A stretch of DNA of 63,171 nt, filler included, from Intoshia linei (GCA_001642005.1; 4 parts of 4 records of this genome joined end to end with filler, not necessarily neighbours in it); one strand, 5' to 3'. Positions 24,620 to 39,600 are shown, counted from the first letter of the whole stretch. Made by a program: numbers and translations. The notes: generated from the letters alone by a model not told the origin.

Positions 24620-26239
24620 ATTAGCATCTTAGAAGCAAGTTTGAAGGTAAAAACTGCCCTACTTAGTCTTTATAGTTAATTACAATTTAACTGAAAGATT
24701 AATTTACAATTGCAAAACAATACCACAAATAATATAATTTACCTCTTCGGTTGGTTTTCACATCAAATGTAATATCATCACTGTGGTCATCACCATAATT
24801 TAAATTTTTCCCGAGTCTTTGTCCAGGCCTCCATCCCATCTTAGACATAATTTTTGAAGCAACAACATTGCAATCGGCAACAACATCTGAAACATTATTC
24901 ATGTTTAATTGAATGTTCTACATTAAGAAATTAATACATTGAGTAAAGCATATACTGATTTATTACTCACTAGACTATGTATAGCTTTTTTTGACATGGC
25001 AGGTTGGGGAACAGTGTATACTGGTGCATTCTAAAGCGTTATTTAAAATAAATAAGAACAACAAACAAGATCAGCCCTGTAGTTGTATTCTTAAATTTTT
25101 AATAAAGTATTTTTAATTTACAACAACAGGACAAACCACATTACATGTATTATTGAACAATTTTCAAATTGAGGTCCATCTAATTTAAAACTGCTTTTTC
25201 GTCTTATTCCTCAATAATAGTGAAATAAGGAATACGGTCCAATTGATTAACTACATTAAAAACGTCGTCAATCCAATATAGGTACTAGTTTTTTTAATTC
25301 CATTATCATAAAAATTTAATTGAAGCACAGTTTATTCTCGATATTTTGACAAAAACAGTTGCAAAAACTGTTCAAATAATCGCGAATAACTATAACAATC
25401 TTAATATTTATATAGCAACATTTATGTAATTATAGGCTTTTCGAGATATAATATTTAAGTAAAATCCATACTTTGTAAGTTTAAAAATAATATAATTAAC
25501 GATAATGATAACGATAATGATAACGATAATAGAAAATTAAAACAATAACTTTACTGTACATATTAAAAATTTTTCAAAAACTTAAAAAATGAAGTTCAGA
25601 TTTTGTCAAATAACCGCGAATAATTTGACTTGTTGAATAAGTTGCTTGTTAGTTTGTCCAAAACTGTTTAAGAATTTTACAAAAATATACAAACATTTAT
25701 ATTTGAGAACGTAAACTTACATGTTAACAAAAAAAATTACAAAATTTAAATCAAAAGTTAATGAAATTAAAAAACTAGTAGACTGATATCGGCTTGACAG
25801 CGCGGGAGAAAGATTTTCAAAATAAAATGTGTGTCATCAAAAAATAACATTAAATGTAAATAAAACATATTATGGCTAAATAAAAGGTGATGAAACTTTT
25901 ACATAATATTTTACAATAAAATAAGAGTGAATTGGCGAAATTAATGATACAAAGTTTAACAATTAAACTTACATTTAAAATATTTGATGAAATTAAATTT
26001 CAAAAATTAAAATTTTCTATTATGGATTAGGGATAGTTACATTATAATAAGCTGGATCATTCAATTGGTCTGCAAGTGATTTAGAATTTTTGTCAAAGTA
26101 GCTTTTCCTCTGTTTTTTTTGAGTTCCCTCTTGGACAGTAAATTCCGAAAATTTTTCACTAATTTGATGTTGTCGTCCAGTTGAAATTGGAAATTTCTTT
26201 GCATCAACTTTTTTGTTCAATATTTCAGCAACATTTTTT
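24620..26239 (-). CDS. G-patch domain protein, SON-like (short; ends uncertain)
   Basis: G-patch VASKIMSKMGWRPGQRLGKNL...FDVKTNRRG; upstream exon KKFPISTGRQHQ resembles the SON block FPVSSGSQH. Confidence 0.55.
25266..25799. mobile_element. Degenerate MITE with long imperfect inverted ends
   Basis: GTCAATCCAATATAGGTACTAGTTTTT vs AAAAACTAGTAGACTGATATCGGCTTGAC, plus internal inverted TTATTCTCG/CGCGAATAA motifs. Confidence 0.45.
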
Positions 26240-26650
26240 CTTAAAATTAATTAAATTAGTAAAATGAACAAACAAAATTCAACCAACTGTTAAGTGAAAA
26301 ACTAATTACCAATTATTCATGTGATTTAGCTCAAATATTTGTCCAAATTAGACAAATACAAGTGGGTTAACTTGTAAAAATTACACTTTAATTGTTTCCT
26401 TAACACTAGTTTTCGAATAATATGTAATATGAAATCCGTTAATGTGTACATGAAATGTCAACATTAGTAATGATAAAATAATGAAAAGTTACCTTTTATA
26501 ATGATACATTCTACAAGAAAAAATAATTTAAAATTGTAATTATAAAAATAAAATTGTTTTTATTTCTATAGTTATTACCATAACAGTAAAAGTTTGCTCT
26601 ATATAGATTGATAATAAACTTTATTCAATAACGATAATATATTACACAAT

Positions 26651-27508
26651 ATGGTAATTTTGATCTATTTTAATTTAATCATTAATCTACCTTTAATTAT
26701 CTTGCGTTTTAGCATTAAATGTATTTATTTAGGCTGAAGTAAACCCAAAAGCATTTCCGTTGGCAAATGAAGGACTAACAAAAACAATATTTGATATTAT
26801 TCATAAATCATCTAATTATAAGCAGTTGAAGAAGGGTGCTAATGAAGGTTAACCATTATATTATCGAGTATAATCAAAATTGAGTTTATCAAACTAATCA
26901 ACGCTTGTATATTCACTATTTACATTTATAAATGTTCTTTTGTTTTTATTATTTTTTTTACTTATAGATAAATAACTAATCATTTTCAGAATGTACATTT
27001 TCACTTGATAATTTTTTTAATAGTATAAAAAGCTCTTTTCCGAAAAATTTCTTTTTTAAAAACATTAGAAAAAATGACCGTCCCCCAAATGTAATGATTG
27101 AACATTTTAGTAAATATAGGGTTACTTTTTGAAATACATTTATATTTTTTAGTTACAAAAACTTTAAACAGAGGAATCGCAGAATTTGTCATCATGGCAG
27201 CCGATGCAGATCCAATAGAAATATTGTTACATTTACCGATATTATGTGAAGACAAAGTTTGTTTAATCATGTTTAATTATAAGTTAATTTTTAGAATGTA
27301 CCTTATGTGTTCGTTCGTTCAAAAATTGGTATCTTTAATATATACTTACAAATTTATGTTAATTTATTAAATTTAATTTTTAGCGTTGGGTCGAAGTTGT
27401 GGAGTTTCAAGGTGCGTTATAGCTTGTTCAGTTACTGTGAATGAAAATTCCCAACTCAAATCAGCTATAACCACCCTACAAGATGAAATGGAAAAGCTTT
27501 TACTTTAA
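26651..27508 (+). CDS. SNU13: 15.5K/NHP2-like protein 1 (U4/U6.U5 and box C/D snoRNP)
   Basis: ATG-only first exon; spliced product [12 protein letters not shown]...[65 protein letters not shown]...EKLLL*. Confidence 0.97.
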
Positions 27509-27618
27509 GAATTTTACATTTGTAAACTATTGTAATTAAGTAAAATTATATTTTAATTATACGTTCATTTTTATATACTAATTTAAAAGATTTGGTTAAT
27601 TTTTAATATGGAATAAAA

Positions 27619-30600
27619 TCATTTAATTAAATCTTGGAAAAATTGAACCAGTCGTTCTTCGAATTCATCCTAAATTATATAACTTTACATGTATTTAATT
27701 ATCACTATCATAGTTGTTATAACATTTGTTTTCAACATTGAATCAATATTATTCTATGTAATTTGGCAAAACCATATGACCATGACCAAAAAAATGTTAT
27801 TTGAACTGCAATGTCAATATCGTTTATAATTTTTATTGAAATTAGTGTCAGAAAAATCCCTTTGAAAATTATTGTAGTCATGTTTTATACCAAGGGTTCT
27901 CAACGGTGGGCGATTTTTTTATGTTATTTCAGAAAACAGTTATTCTGAAAAATTTTTTTAATAATAACAAATAATCTTTAAAAAGAGTTAATAAATTATC
28001 AGTTTGTCAAAATCTTAACTTTTATGATGGTTAATTTATTAATTAATCGATATTTAAGAGTAATATTCCGCCAATATGTCTAAAAAAAGTATTACCATTT
28101 TTTTAATATAATTATGGGTTCTACAGATCGACTTGTTTATAAATTATGGAGGGGCGATTTTAAAAAAATATGTGTGAATTATTGGCTTAGGGGCGATTCA
28201 GTAAAAAAAATTGAGAGCCCCTGTTTTATACAATAAGATTAAATGTGGCTCCATGTTAAAGCACTAAGTTTGTGTACCCTGGATTGCTGATATTTATTAA
28301 TTAATTTTTATATACAGGCTAATTCTTCGTTAACGGAACAATTGGTTATGATTTTTTATAAATATTGATAAATTAAGGCAGTGGTTCCCATTGGGGTCCA
28401 TAAATTATATACCTGAGATCTGTGAGATTCAAATTAAAATATAGAGAAGTGTTTATCAATTTTTGTTTATTTTTATACTAGAATTTTCAATATTTATTGC
28501 AAAGTGTCTAGATCAGTGATTCTCAACCTGTGGATATTTACCCACAAGTGGGTAATTTGATATTTTTCATGGGTAATCGCGAAATTTGTTCTAAAAAAAT
28601 AGGAATTTTTTTATTTTTTTGCGTCGCATGCACAGTAACGTATGAAATATAATTTTTCGCATTGAATCCTTCAGGGTCAAAAACACAATTTCCCCTTTAT
28701 TTTACTATTTTGTAAAATTAGTTTTTTAAGAAAGTTTAATTAAAGTTTACTATTTAAAAATTTATATGGCTTATTCTAAAAACCTGACCATCCAAAATGC
28801 AGTTAAACAATAAAGTGGATAATATCAAAATAAATCCCAAGTTGAGATCCAAAAAAATAAATATTTTGAAATGGGTGTCCGTACACTATTATAACCGGGA
28901 ACCACTGCATTAAAATAATGACGAAATAAAAATTTGATTTTGATTTTCATTCCACTTAACCTATCTTTACAGGTCATTTCATTTTATAAAATTTATAATC
29001 AACCAATATTATAATTATTAACCAAGAAGAAAATAAAATGTTTTACGTATCAAAAGTTTTTAATTTTACCCGAAAAAGCTTTAGTATAATTATGATGCTA
29101 GTCATTTTAAGATAAAATTTAACGTAATTTTTGTACTTTAGTAAAATTCACAGTCCGTTAATCACGAATTTTTTTCCGTTACATAGGATTAGCCTGTAAT
29201 ATAAATTAATATAATTTCACCTCATTTTCATCTTTACATAATTTTTGGCATTCGTGTATTGACTAAAACATATTTTTATTTTGTTGTATTTATTGTAATA
29301 TCTAAATCATGATCAATTGATCACTAAAATATTTACAATGTATTTAAAATTTTCGTTCCACCACAAAACCAAGTTAAAATTGTTATTATTTCTACAAATA
29401 AAAAACTAAATTTTAATCAATGTATATTCTAAAATGTATAAAATTCGCATAAAGTTTTAAAATCCAATGAACTATTTTTATAATTATAATTGGCATACAA
29501 TTACGTAATTAAATTTATAAATATTTAACAATTGTAAAATAACTTTAAATTCCTTATTAATCAATTCCTTTTGTTTATAATTTGATATGGTACAAATACT
29601 TTCCATCAAATGTTTGTCCATGTTGAGTATCTTGGAAGCTTTCACTTTTGCTTCAGATATATAAGTTTGTTCTAAATCAGTATCATTTCCACTGTCTACT
29701 ATTGACTCGGTTTTTTCTATGTTTTTTTCGCATAGCATATTAGTTAATGTCTAAAAGTTATATTTATATATGTAATAATGTTACATTGTAATAAGTATAT
29801 TAATTACCATCAAAAAATTTCGATATTTTAATATTCTACTTGAACAATTGGTAACTTTTTTATTTTGCAATTCAAGAATATTTTTATAACTAGAAATTAT
29901 TTTATTCATGTTTTGATCTGTTTTGTATAACAGATATTGTTGACGGTTTTCCATTAATGATATATTTCTTTCATTTTGCTGGATTGTTAATTTCTAAAAA
30001 TAATCCATATTTACTGAAAAGAAATGATACATTAACGTTAATAATTAACATGTAACCAAAAACGTACAAAAATGTATATCCGAAAATCCCCTTAGAATAA
30101 AATTAATATTACATGTTCGTCAATTGAATCAGTTAATTGATCAATAGCATTATTAGAATTTTGATTTTGTTCTACATATGCTGAAATTTGTGATTTTAGA
30201 GAGTTAACGGTTTGATTTAATTGAAATTGGACAGTTTTTGAATTGCGATAGGTATTTTTAAATTGAGTTAAATCGTTTTTTAAATTTACAATTTCGTTCC
30301 TCATGTTTTTATCATTGTCAATAAATGTCTTAATTGAATTTCGTTTTACAATTAATTCCATTTGTTGGTTTTTGCAAGCTGAATGTAATGACATCATGTC
30401 CAAATTCATTGTTTTACAGAGTTCATGATATTTCATCAATTCTACACGTAGTGATTGTAATTCTTTCCTATTATTCTAAAAATGTGAATGTTATAAATAG
30501 TTTAAATAATAATTATACATTATTATAAACAATCAATTGATTTAATTTCTCAGACTTGTCAGATTCGGAATTTTTGAGAATTTTGTAATCAGATTCCATA

Positions 30601-33600
30601 AAAGTATAAGTCATTATTTTAGTATTCAATTGTTCATTAATAGTGGATATTCGCTAAAATGAGCATAGATTAATTACAATTAATATAATTTACCATTAAA
30701 CGTTTTTTCATAATTTGAGTAGATTTTTCAATAGTATTGTTTTTCCTTTCAAGTTGATTTATTAATTTTCTTTGTTCATTTTGGGTAATCACACAATTCG
30801 ATTTTTCAATTGATAAAACATTAACCTATACGTTAAAATTTAAATGATAAAAATTCAAAATGTTTACCATATATTGAGCTGCCATCAATTCACGAATTTT
30901 TGAAATGTATTTTTTATTTTTTTCTAATGGAAATTTTTTTTTCATATCCAAAACTTGACCATCTTGAATAAAATATTTTTTACTTTTTTCTTTAAATTTA
31001 TCTAAATTATGGTTGATAAAGTTAAATATAAAAGTTACATTTCTTTCTATTTATATGATTAGGCTTAAACGAATAATTAAATTGTGGTTGAATTATTCTA
31101 TCCACATGATTTTTCATGGAATTATTCTAAAAATTTATAAAATACAAATTGTAGTACAAATTATAGTCCGATAACACGGTTCAAAACACGATCCCAAGTT
31201 GGGATTCCCAACACAAACTTTAAATTTTCATCAAAAACATAATTTAACCATTGCATGACACTCTCTAACTAAATGTAACCCAAATACAAATGTAGGATCG
31301 TGCCAACCCTTCTTTGGACCATATTATAGAACGCTATTAAAAAGAATTTTTTACCTGTCTAATCAACATGGAAGCTTTCTGAACATTTTCAGATTTATTT
31401 TGAGCAATATTGTAACATTTCTCATTATTTATCATCTAAAAAATTTTATTTTAAAATTTAAATAATGCTATAATAAGCAGTACATTTAAAATGCATGATA
31501 TTTCCTTTCGTAAAAAAATGGACGAATCTTTTAGTTTTTTATTTTTTTCTTCAAGGTTATTAATATAATAATGTTGCTCTTCAATTTCACATATTTTTGA
31601 TTTTTCCTTTCTAAATATTAATGAAATTTATTCCCAATTAAATTTAAAAAATTACAATTGAGACATTTCCAATACAGACATTTTATTCTTTAAATTTTTA
31701 TTTGAACAAATAAACTGAGATAATCTATTTGCAACACTATTCAGGTTATTTTTCAAGGTTATACAATTTTTACAATTGAAATTGGGCTCAAAAGCAACTA
31801 TTTTTATTATAATTTTAATAGATAAAAATTAAATTAAATTATTACCTTGTACTTGTTGGTTAATATTTCCTTTTTCTTTGGTTTTTCTCATTTCAACGTC
31901 ATTTTTTAAATTTTCATTTTCATATAGTATTTCATCTCTTTCTTTAACAATATCAAAATAGTTATTTTTCAGTTTTTCCAATATTAAAATTTTTTTATCA
32001 TTTTTTGAATTTGATATTTCAACCTTTTTGTTGATTGCTATTAACATTATATATTTGTTATTAACATAATGATAACTTGGGCGTGTCTGATAATTTTTAT
32101 GAGTGCAGAATGTCATTAAAATTACAAAAATACTCGTATCAAAATCAGCCCGTACGCTTAATTTTGGTCGTAATTTTAGGGGTGTAATACACTCCAATGA
32201 AAAAATCCAAAGGAATCAATTTATGAGATTTCCACCTGAAAAAAATTTGGGAACCACTCTTTAAAGGATTGATATTAATGAATAGTAGTATTTTTAAGTT
32301 AGATTTTCAACGAGAATTTATTTTTTTGGTATAATAAAAATGACTCTTTCGAACATGTAAAAAGTGGTAATTATCTTCAATTATGTGTTGAGTTAAAATA
32401 CACCTTAGAAAGGTGTAGTTGGGATATTCGAACTAAAATCTAATTAAAATTATTTATTCATTATAAATTTGTATTCTTTTCATATTTCGCAACGCAAAAA
32501 AATAATAACAAAAGTAAATATTTAATTTTTGATAATTAATGCAGTAAATTGTTTTTGAAATTTTGAATAAATACAGCTTCATTAAACAATTTCTCATTAA
32601 AAATAAAATTAGAATTTTGATTTTCTTCATTTTTAGCAATGGTATTTATATCAATACATTCCATATCATTCAACTGTAAAGTATCCATAGGGTAATCAAA
32701 AATATTGTTATTCCTAGATTTGATGACTTAATAAATGATATCCTTATACATACAAAACAATTTCATTTTATCAATTTGAGTGTATTCTTTCAAACATCTT
32801 TAAATTCCCAAAATATTATTATAACGTTTTGTCATATTATAGTAAGGTTTAATCCGCAATTTATTATTGAATTTTGCTGCTTTCATTATAATTTTTGTTA
32901 AACCATCAAAATTTTTGTCAAATTCATAAAAACCTAAATCAGAAATGTATTCTTGCATGTAACAAGATTTACTATCTTCATTGTCTTCAAATTCACCATC
33001 ACATAAATAATTCGCTACAATCGTTGAAACTGACGGTTCAGTATAACTGGATTGATTAGTGTATTTATAAACAGAATCCTTTGGGATATTATAACAGAGG
33101 TTTCATAATTGATTCTTCAGGTGAAATCATATTTTCATTTTTTTCAATAAAAGTATAGCCATTATTATTCAATTTATATAGAAAATGTTGGAAAGACCTA
33201 AAACCTTCCGTAAAATAGTAATTATAATTTGGATCAACAATCTCAATTTTCCACGTTCCAATTTGCACATTATTAATTAATTCAATATTTTTAGATAATA
33301 CTGAATATTTGAAGTTGTTGTTAGTTATCCATTTTTTTTTTAATTCGCTGATGCTCTCAAGACCGTAAAGATTCCATTCTGTTATATCTCGATTTTTAAA
33401 TACAAGGATAGTTTCCATTACACAGTCTAATTCAGCATGTGTGAGATTTACAGTATAATTGATGTTTTCAAAATTGTATAAATCTGTTAAAACATTTACA
33501 TCATTATTTAAGGTTATACTTTCTGGAAAATTTTCAAAATCCCACTGTGAAGGTTTTAATTTTGATAGCAAAATTAAATTCTTGAATTGTTCAAAACTAT

Positions 33601-36600
33601 CGTTGCCTTCAAAAAATGATTGTGTTATATCAATATTGGATTTTTGGAAATTTTTATCCATCAAACTTTTTAATAAATCATAATCATTAAAAATTTTAAA
33701 TTTACTGTTCAGATTAGATAAAGGGTCTCCCACAAAATAGGTTTTGCACATTAACAAATAAGTAATTGTCAATTCTTGGCAAATTTGACTTGATTTTACC
33801 GTTGAAAAAATTTTTTTATTGTAATATTTGAAATATCCTTTAAATTTACAAAAATCGATACCCGTACACCACATAATATTTTTAAAGTAAATATCAATCA
33901 TATCAATGTCGTCACATTCTTCCAATAGTCTATTTTAGGTTTATTTTTGACATTTTAAGCAGACCGTGCTTAAACCACAATATTTGCTCTCATATTAAAT
34001 TTTTTTGTGACGGTAAGGGCATTATTATAAAAATTTTTAGAAATAACGTCTTGTTGGCTTTTTGGAGCATTCCAAACATCCATCATTTGCACAGATTTAT
34101 TAAAAATCATGATATTATCCATACAGTGATTTGGTCGTGGTAATAATATAGATATAGGATGACCGACTAGAAAATATGCGATATGTACCAATTGCATAGC
34201 GACATGCAACTGACTGTGCAAATTGTGATTCAATACATATGATGTCAGTGCCCCATATCTATAATCGTAATAATAACACTGAGAAAAGGTTGAATCATCA
34301 TAATGTTTCAATTTTTTTATCATCCACCTTAGAATTTACCGGAAGCGGTAATAAATCGTAATAAATACGTTTCCCACAATCTTTACAATTATTTATGTAT
34401 TTACATTTTTTGGATGTTACAAATAACCAGTCAGAGATAATTAGTTTGACATTAATGTCATTGTTATTTTCTATATTTTTAAATGTATTAATATAAGTGA
34501 TAAATTTTGCGTTTAAATCCTTGTAATATTGTATAACACTGGGACCCACATAGCAGCCATTAAAAGTAGGCTCTAAATCAAAATCATCCATATCAGGAAA
34601 ATCTATTTTATCGTTTTTGTATAATTTTGTTCCGATCCATGCATCACTGTTTCTATTTGCCATCATTACTAAGGCTGGAATGTACATATCTGAAATACCA
34701 TCCAAATTTATCATTTTTTCAGTATATAATTCATATAGTGGTTCTTTAGTACACCCAAAACCAGAATTCATTGATGTTTCGCATAAATAATGATCAAAAA
34801 TGAGCCAGAGTTCAAAACTAGAGCATATATATAAGGTCCAAAATCTTTTTGTAAGTTTAAACCTTCAACGTTTTGATATGGTACATTGTAGACACTATCT
34901 ATTGAACATATAGAGAAATTATCAAATTGATCAAAACAACACATTTTAAATAATAAATAAATGTGATTATCTGCATCTCGATTTTTGTAATTGTATCGTT
35001 CCAGGTTAACAATGCTTTGTAAAATTTATTGGGATTTTCAACATTTAAATATTTCCCCAATGTTTCTGAATAAGTTAATTCAAACAAATCATCTTTTAAT
35101 ATTTTATCCCACTTTTCATTTGAAACCAGATGCTTCTTTCCGTTTTCTTTATATTTAAAAAAGAACCTTTCCCGTTTTCACTAGTGTAATCCTGACTTAG
35201 CCACTTACTCGACGTAGTATAAGGTATTTTTAGTTTTGTACAATTATTATTAATTTTTAAACTAAAATTGAAATTAAAAGTTTGCTTAACATTTTGGGTA
35301 ACGTTATGATAATGCCATTTTCTATTAACATTGTAAATTTTATAATTTAATATACTATAATCTTCTATTAAATTCGAATCATATGTATCATCTATATGGC
35401 ATTCCATTTCACTTGATATGTCAGAATATCAATCTCATTTTTTTGTAGTACGTTAATTTTTGATAAAACAGAAATCAGGTATTTGCAGGTTTCTAATAAA
35501 TGACCAATTTCATTATTATAAGGTATCAATAAGTGCAATCATTTATTAATTGTTTTATTAAATTAAAAAAATTACTTTTTGAACAGAAAAAATTAATATT
35601 TTCTACTAAGATTTATGTTTTATTATTTTTCTGCGAGATTTTTAAAAAAAAATACCGTTTTTTGTTTCAACTTGCAATTTTTCCAAATCTTCAATCATAT
35701 CATTTTGTTGAGTATACAAACGAATTAAACGTAAATTGTCTTTAACAATTTTATCCTTTTCTTGTCTAATAATTAAAAAGTAGGATACATAAATATATAT
35801 TTAGTATATATCGGGATGTGAGTGTCCAGATTAAACTGTCCAAAATTAAAATGTTCATCGTTTAATTATCAATTAAAAATCTAGCAATTAAAAAAATTAT
35901 AAAAATAATGCCGCAAATGGAGTCATTATCAGATTGACATAAATTGATTAAAAATTTAGAAATATGAGCTCATTAAAAAATATTTATTATTTAAAATTTA
36001 AATCAAATTTTTGAATTTGACCATTATTTTGTCAGTCTATATAATCGGGACTGTTTTTCATAAATTGAGTATTAAAAAAAATATATTCTTGAATATCATA
36101 ACTATTTTGTGTATTAAATTTTAAATTTCAAGTCAAGAACCTTGAATAGGTGGCTAAGGCTTATATGACACTGCGCATCGTTTGTACACAAAAACATTGG
36201 GACCTGTTGTTCATTTTCGGTGGCCTAGAGCTTGGTGAGTTAGACTCTGTACATTAAAATGTAATGTATAATTTACCTTATTGTATTTAAATCTTGATTA
36301 AAATCTTTAATCTTGTTTGACATTTCAATATTCTCTTTTCGGTATGCATTTAATGTCAATTTGAGACAATGATCCTATTATAATAGTTTAATATAGTATT
36401 TAATAATTATTAAATTACAATTTGATAGGGATTTTCAACTGAGATACTCACTTTTATAATTTAGTACAATAATTTTTTATCGACAAACTTACCCTTATAA
36501 ATTTATTATATTTTTTTTAAAGGTATTCTAAAAATACTTTCAAAATTTGATAAGAGAATTACTATATCATTTCAAAATTTCCAGCATTAGTGGTTTTCAA

Positions 36601-39600
36601 TTGGGAAAAATCTTTTCTAGGGAGGAATTTTACTATTTTTATGAAGGATTAAAATTGGCAAAATTTTGTTTTAATTTTCATTTATAAAAATATTAAATTC
36701 CTCAAAATGTTATTTCGTTGGCCCATTTTGCAACTTTTTAATTTTAGTTATGATACGTTTTACAATGATAAAGTGTGTTATACGAAAATTTTTATTTTCA
36801 AAAAAGTGACTATGTTAGTAACTAAAGCTAAAAACATGTTCAAATTTTATTTATTATTATTAAATATTATATTCACATTAATTATATTATTAGTTATATT
36901 AAACGGCTTGTATATATAAAACTAAATTGACTAAATTAAAAATTATATTACTTTTGTATAGGGCACATTAAAAAATTTATAAAATAAGAGAGTAATCGGC
37001 TGAAAAAGTTGAGAACATGTATTTTATACATAATAAATGTACACTAAATATTTATTTAAAAGTTAAATTACAAAGTCTACTTTCTATAATAAATGTTACC
37101 TCTTTATTGGTTTCATTGTGTTCTTGTTCTAATTTAAGCTTTGCGTAACTCTATACAAAATATAAAATCGTATGGCTGTGTAACTATCATATTTCTTATA
37201 TTGAAAATTTAATTGGATCCTCAAAGGGTTAAAAACTTGGAAATCGAAAGACTTATCGACATTGCTTTTAATTTATTAAAGCTGACGCATGGATTTTAGT
37301 TTATTTTGGTGCATTTTAGTAGACATTTTTAATTAAAACCATGCATAAATCGCAAGGTTAACTAGGTACATTAAATGTAATAGAATTAGATCAAATGATA
37401 CCAGACATAGACCAACTTATAAATAAAATAAAAGTATATTGTCAAATAAGATAAAATAGACAGCAAATTACTTAAGTTGTGAAGGGTTAGTAGCTCCGGT
37501 TCAGTGGGAGTTATAAAGTTTCAAAATTAAAATTTTATTAAATTGTACTTATATAATGAAAAAAATTACCTCAATTTCGGATACCAAATTATTTATTTGT
37601 TCCTTATAACATATTATTGCATTTGTCAATTCTTGATTATGATGTTGTTTCTCAATCAAATCTATTATGTACATTATATATCTGTTAATTATTTCATCAT
37701 TTTAGTTAATTACCATTTTTTAATGAAGTGATTTCGGAACCCAACTCTATTTTATCATTATAGCTTTGTTTGTTTTGATTTTCTAGAAAGTCACACTAAA
37801 TATATGTACTTAATACATATTACATATAGAATTATTATAAATTATTTATAATGATAAAAACTTTTTAAATTGCGCTTTTTATATTAATTATAACAGGCAA
37901 TTTTAAACAATTTATTACAGCGACATGTTTATATTATTGTGTAATCATTAATATTGGCGCAATTGTATAAATTATACAAACAGATCATATAACGATGAAC
38001 CAATTTCAATTGATAAGGCTTATCATAAGGAAATGTCATTAGTATAATAACAAATTCAAATATGATTCGGAATGTGAACAATGATAACATGTAATTATTA
38101 AATCATTATAATTTATGAATAGGAGTATGGCCTGGTCCCCACATGTTTCCAATATTATGGACCAAACGTAAAATTTACCGTGCACATATTTTTTTGTTTG
38201 TTTTGGCAGTGCCGGTCATACACAGTTTAGAAGCAATATTAACATTATTATGGTGATTATTCTTTATTATAAATTACCTTTTGATTGAGACAAAGTAATT
38301 GTTCAATATACTCAGTATTCTCATATTGAAGTTTTGTGAGACTACTTAATCTAAATTGAAATTTTTAAAATATATAAATCATTTTTCACATTGGCCCATA
38401 ATTAAAATAAAAGATATCGATTTTTATTTGGTATCAAATGCAATAATTAATATTTAAAATTTGGGCGCTTAACCCTAGAACTACCAGCGGTGGTGATTTT
38501 AACCACCTAATTTTGTCTATACAAGCCAAACATAATTAAGTAAATATTAATCAAAAATTTATAGTTATATTTTTTGCTCGGTAGTTATATGGTTAAGTAT
38601 GATTAGCATTATGTTTCAAAAATCATAATACGCTATTATACAAATATGTAAACTATAAACTACTTTATATTGTCTTCAACTATTTGTTGTGATTGTTTTT
38701 GGACGGTTTCCTTCAATTTATAAATGATTTCTTGTAAGTGATTTGTATCTGTTTCATAAATCTTGTTAAAATTTTCTCGTAGAGTATTTTCTCTAATTAA
38801 TTAATTAGTGGTATGAGGGTAGAAAAGTGGTTCCTAACTTGTGGGTAATTTGATATTTTTCATGGGTAATAGCGAAATTTGTTGTAAAACAAATAGAAAA
38901 TATTTTAAAATTTAAATTATAATTATATAGTGAAATAAATAAATTATGTTAAAATTTTATAATACAGTGAAATTTCGATGTAGTCACGTGACATACGTCC
39001 AATTGATTTAAATTTAGTTTATTTCAACATATAAAGCCAAAACTACATATCTATAATTGCAAAAAATATTTTTGGCTTAATTTAAGCCTTATTAAAAATA
39101 TTATGGGTAATATCAAAATAAGTATAATAATATGGGTAATGTGGTAAAAAATGTTGGGAAACACTGGGTAGAAGGTGGGAGACACGAAATGTGTTAAATT
39201 TTCGAAAAAATAAAATGTTCCGGTTTTAGGTGTTTCATCAATGGTATATGACAATAATTATAATACCTTAAAAAAGAATTATATAAAAATATCAGGGACA
39301 AAAAGGTTAATCACACAGATTACAAACTGTTCTACAAAAACACTTAAACCAGCAGTACTAAATGTTGACTGTGGAAAAATTTTTGAAAATAGAAATATTA
39401 TACAATTCTACATTAGATTATTTATAATGGTAAATATTTTGACAGCCAAATGGAACCATAAACTTATAATTTGATAGATTACTTTTTAGCAAACAGCGAA
39501 ACATATTCAGATAAATCTTCATTTTTATAAATTTCGCTAAATACTAAGCTACTAGAACCCTAAAACAATATATAAATAATAAATATGAAGTATCGATTTT

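Noticed and set aside
25495-25530. 12-bp unit microsatellite (AACGATAATGAT)
   Set aside because: Ordinary simple repeat inside a MITE.
34200-34420. Resemblance of NHNLHSQLHVA and the Cys cluster to nidovirus nsp14, and of LIISD to viral cap methyltransferases
   Set aside because: Catalytic residues and motif order do not line up convincingly by eye; kept only as unassigned hints.
32536-35410. Alternative genetic code or programmed frameshifting as the explanation for the broken ORF
   Set aside because: Shifts go in both directions and coexist with stops, while neighbouring host genes use standard stops; decay is the simpler explanation.
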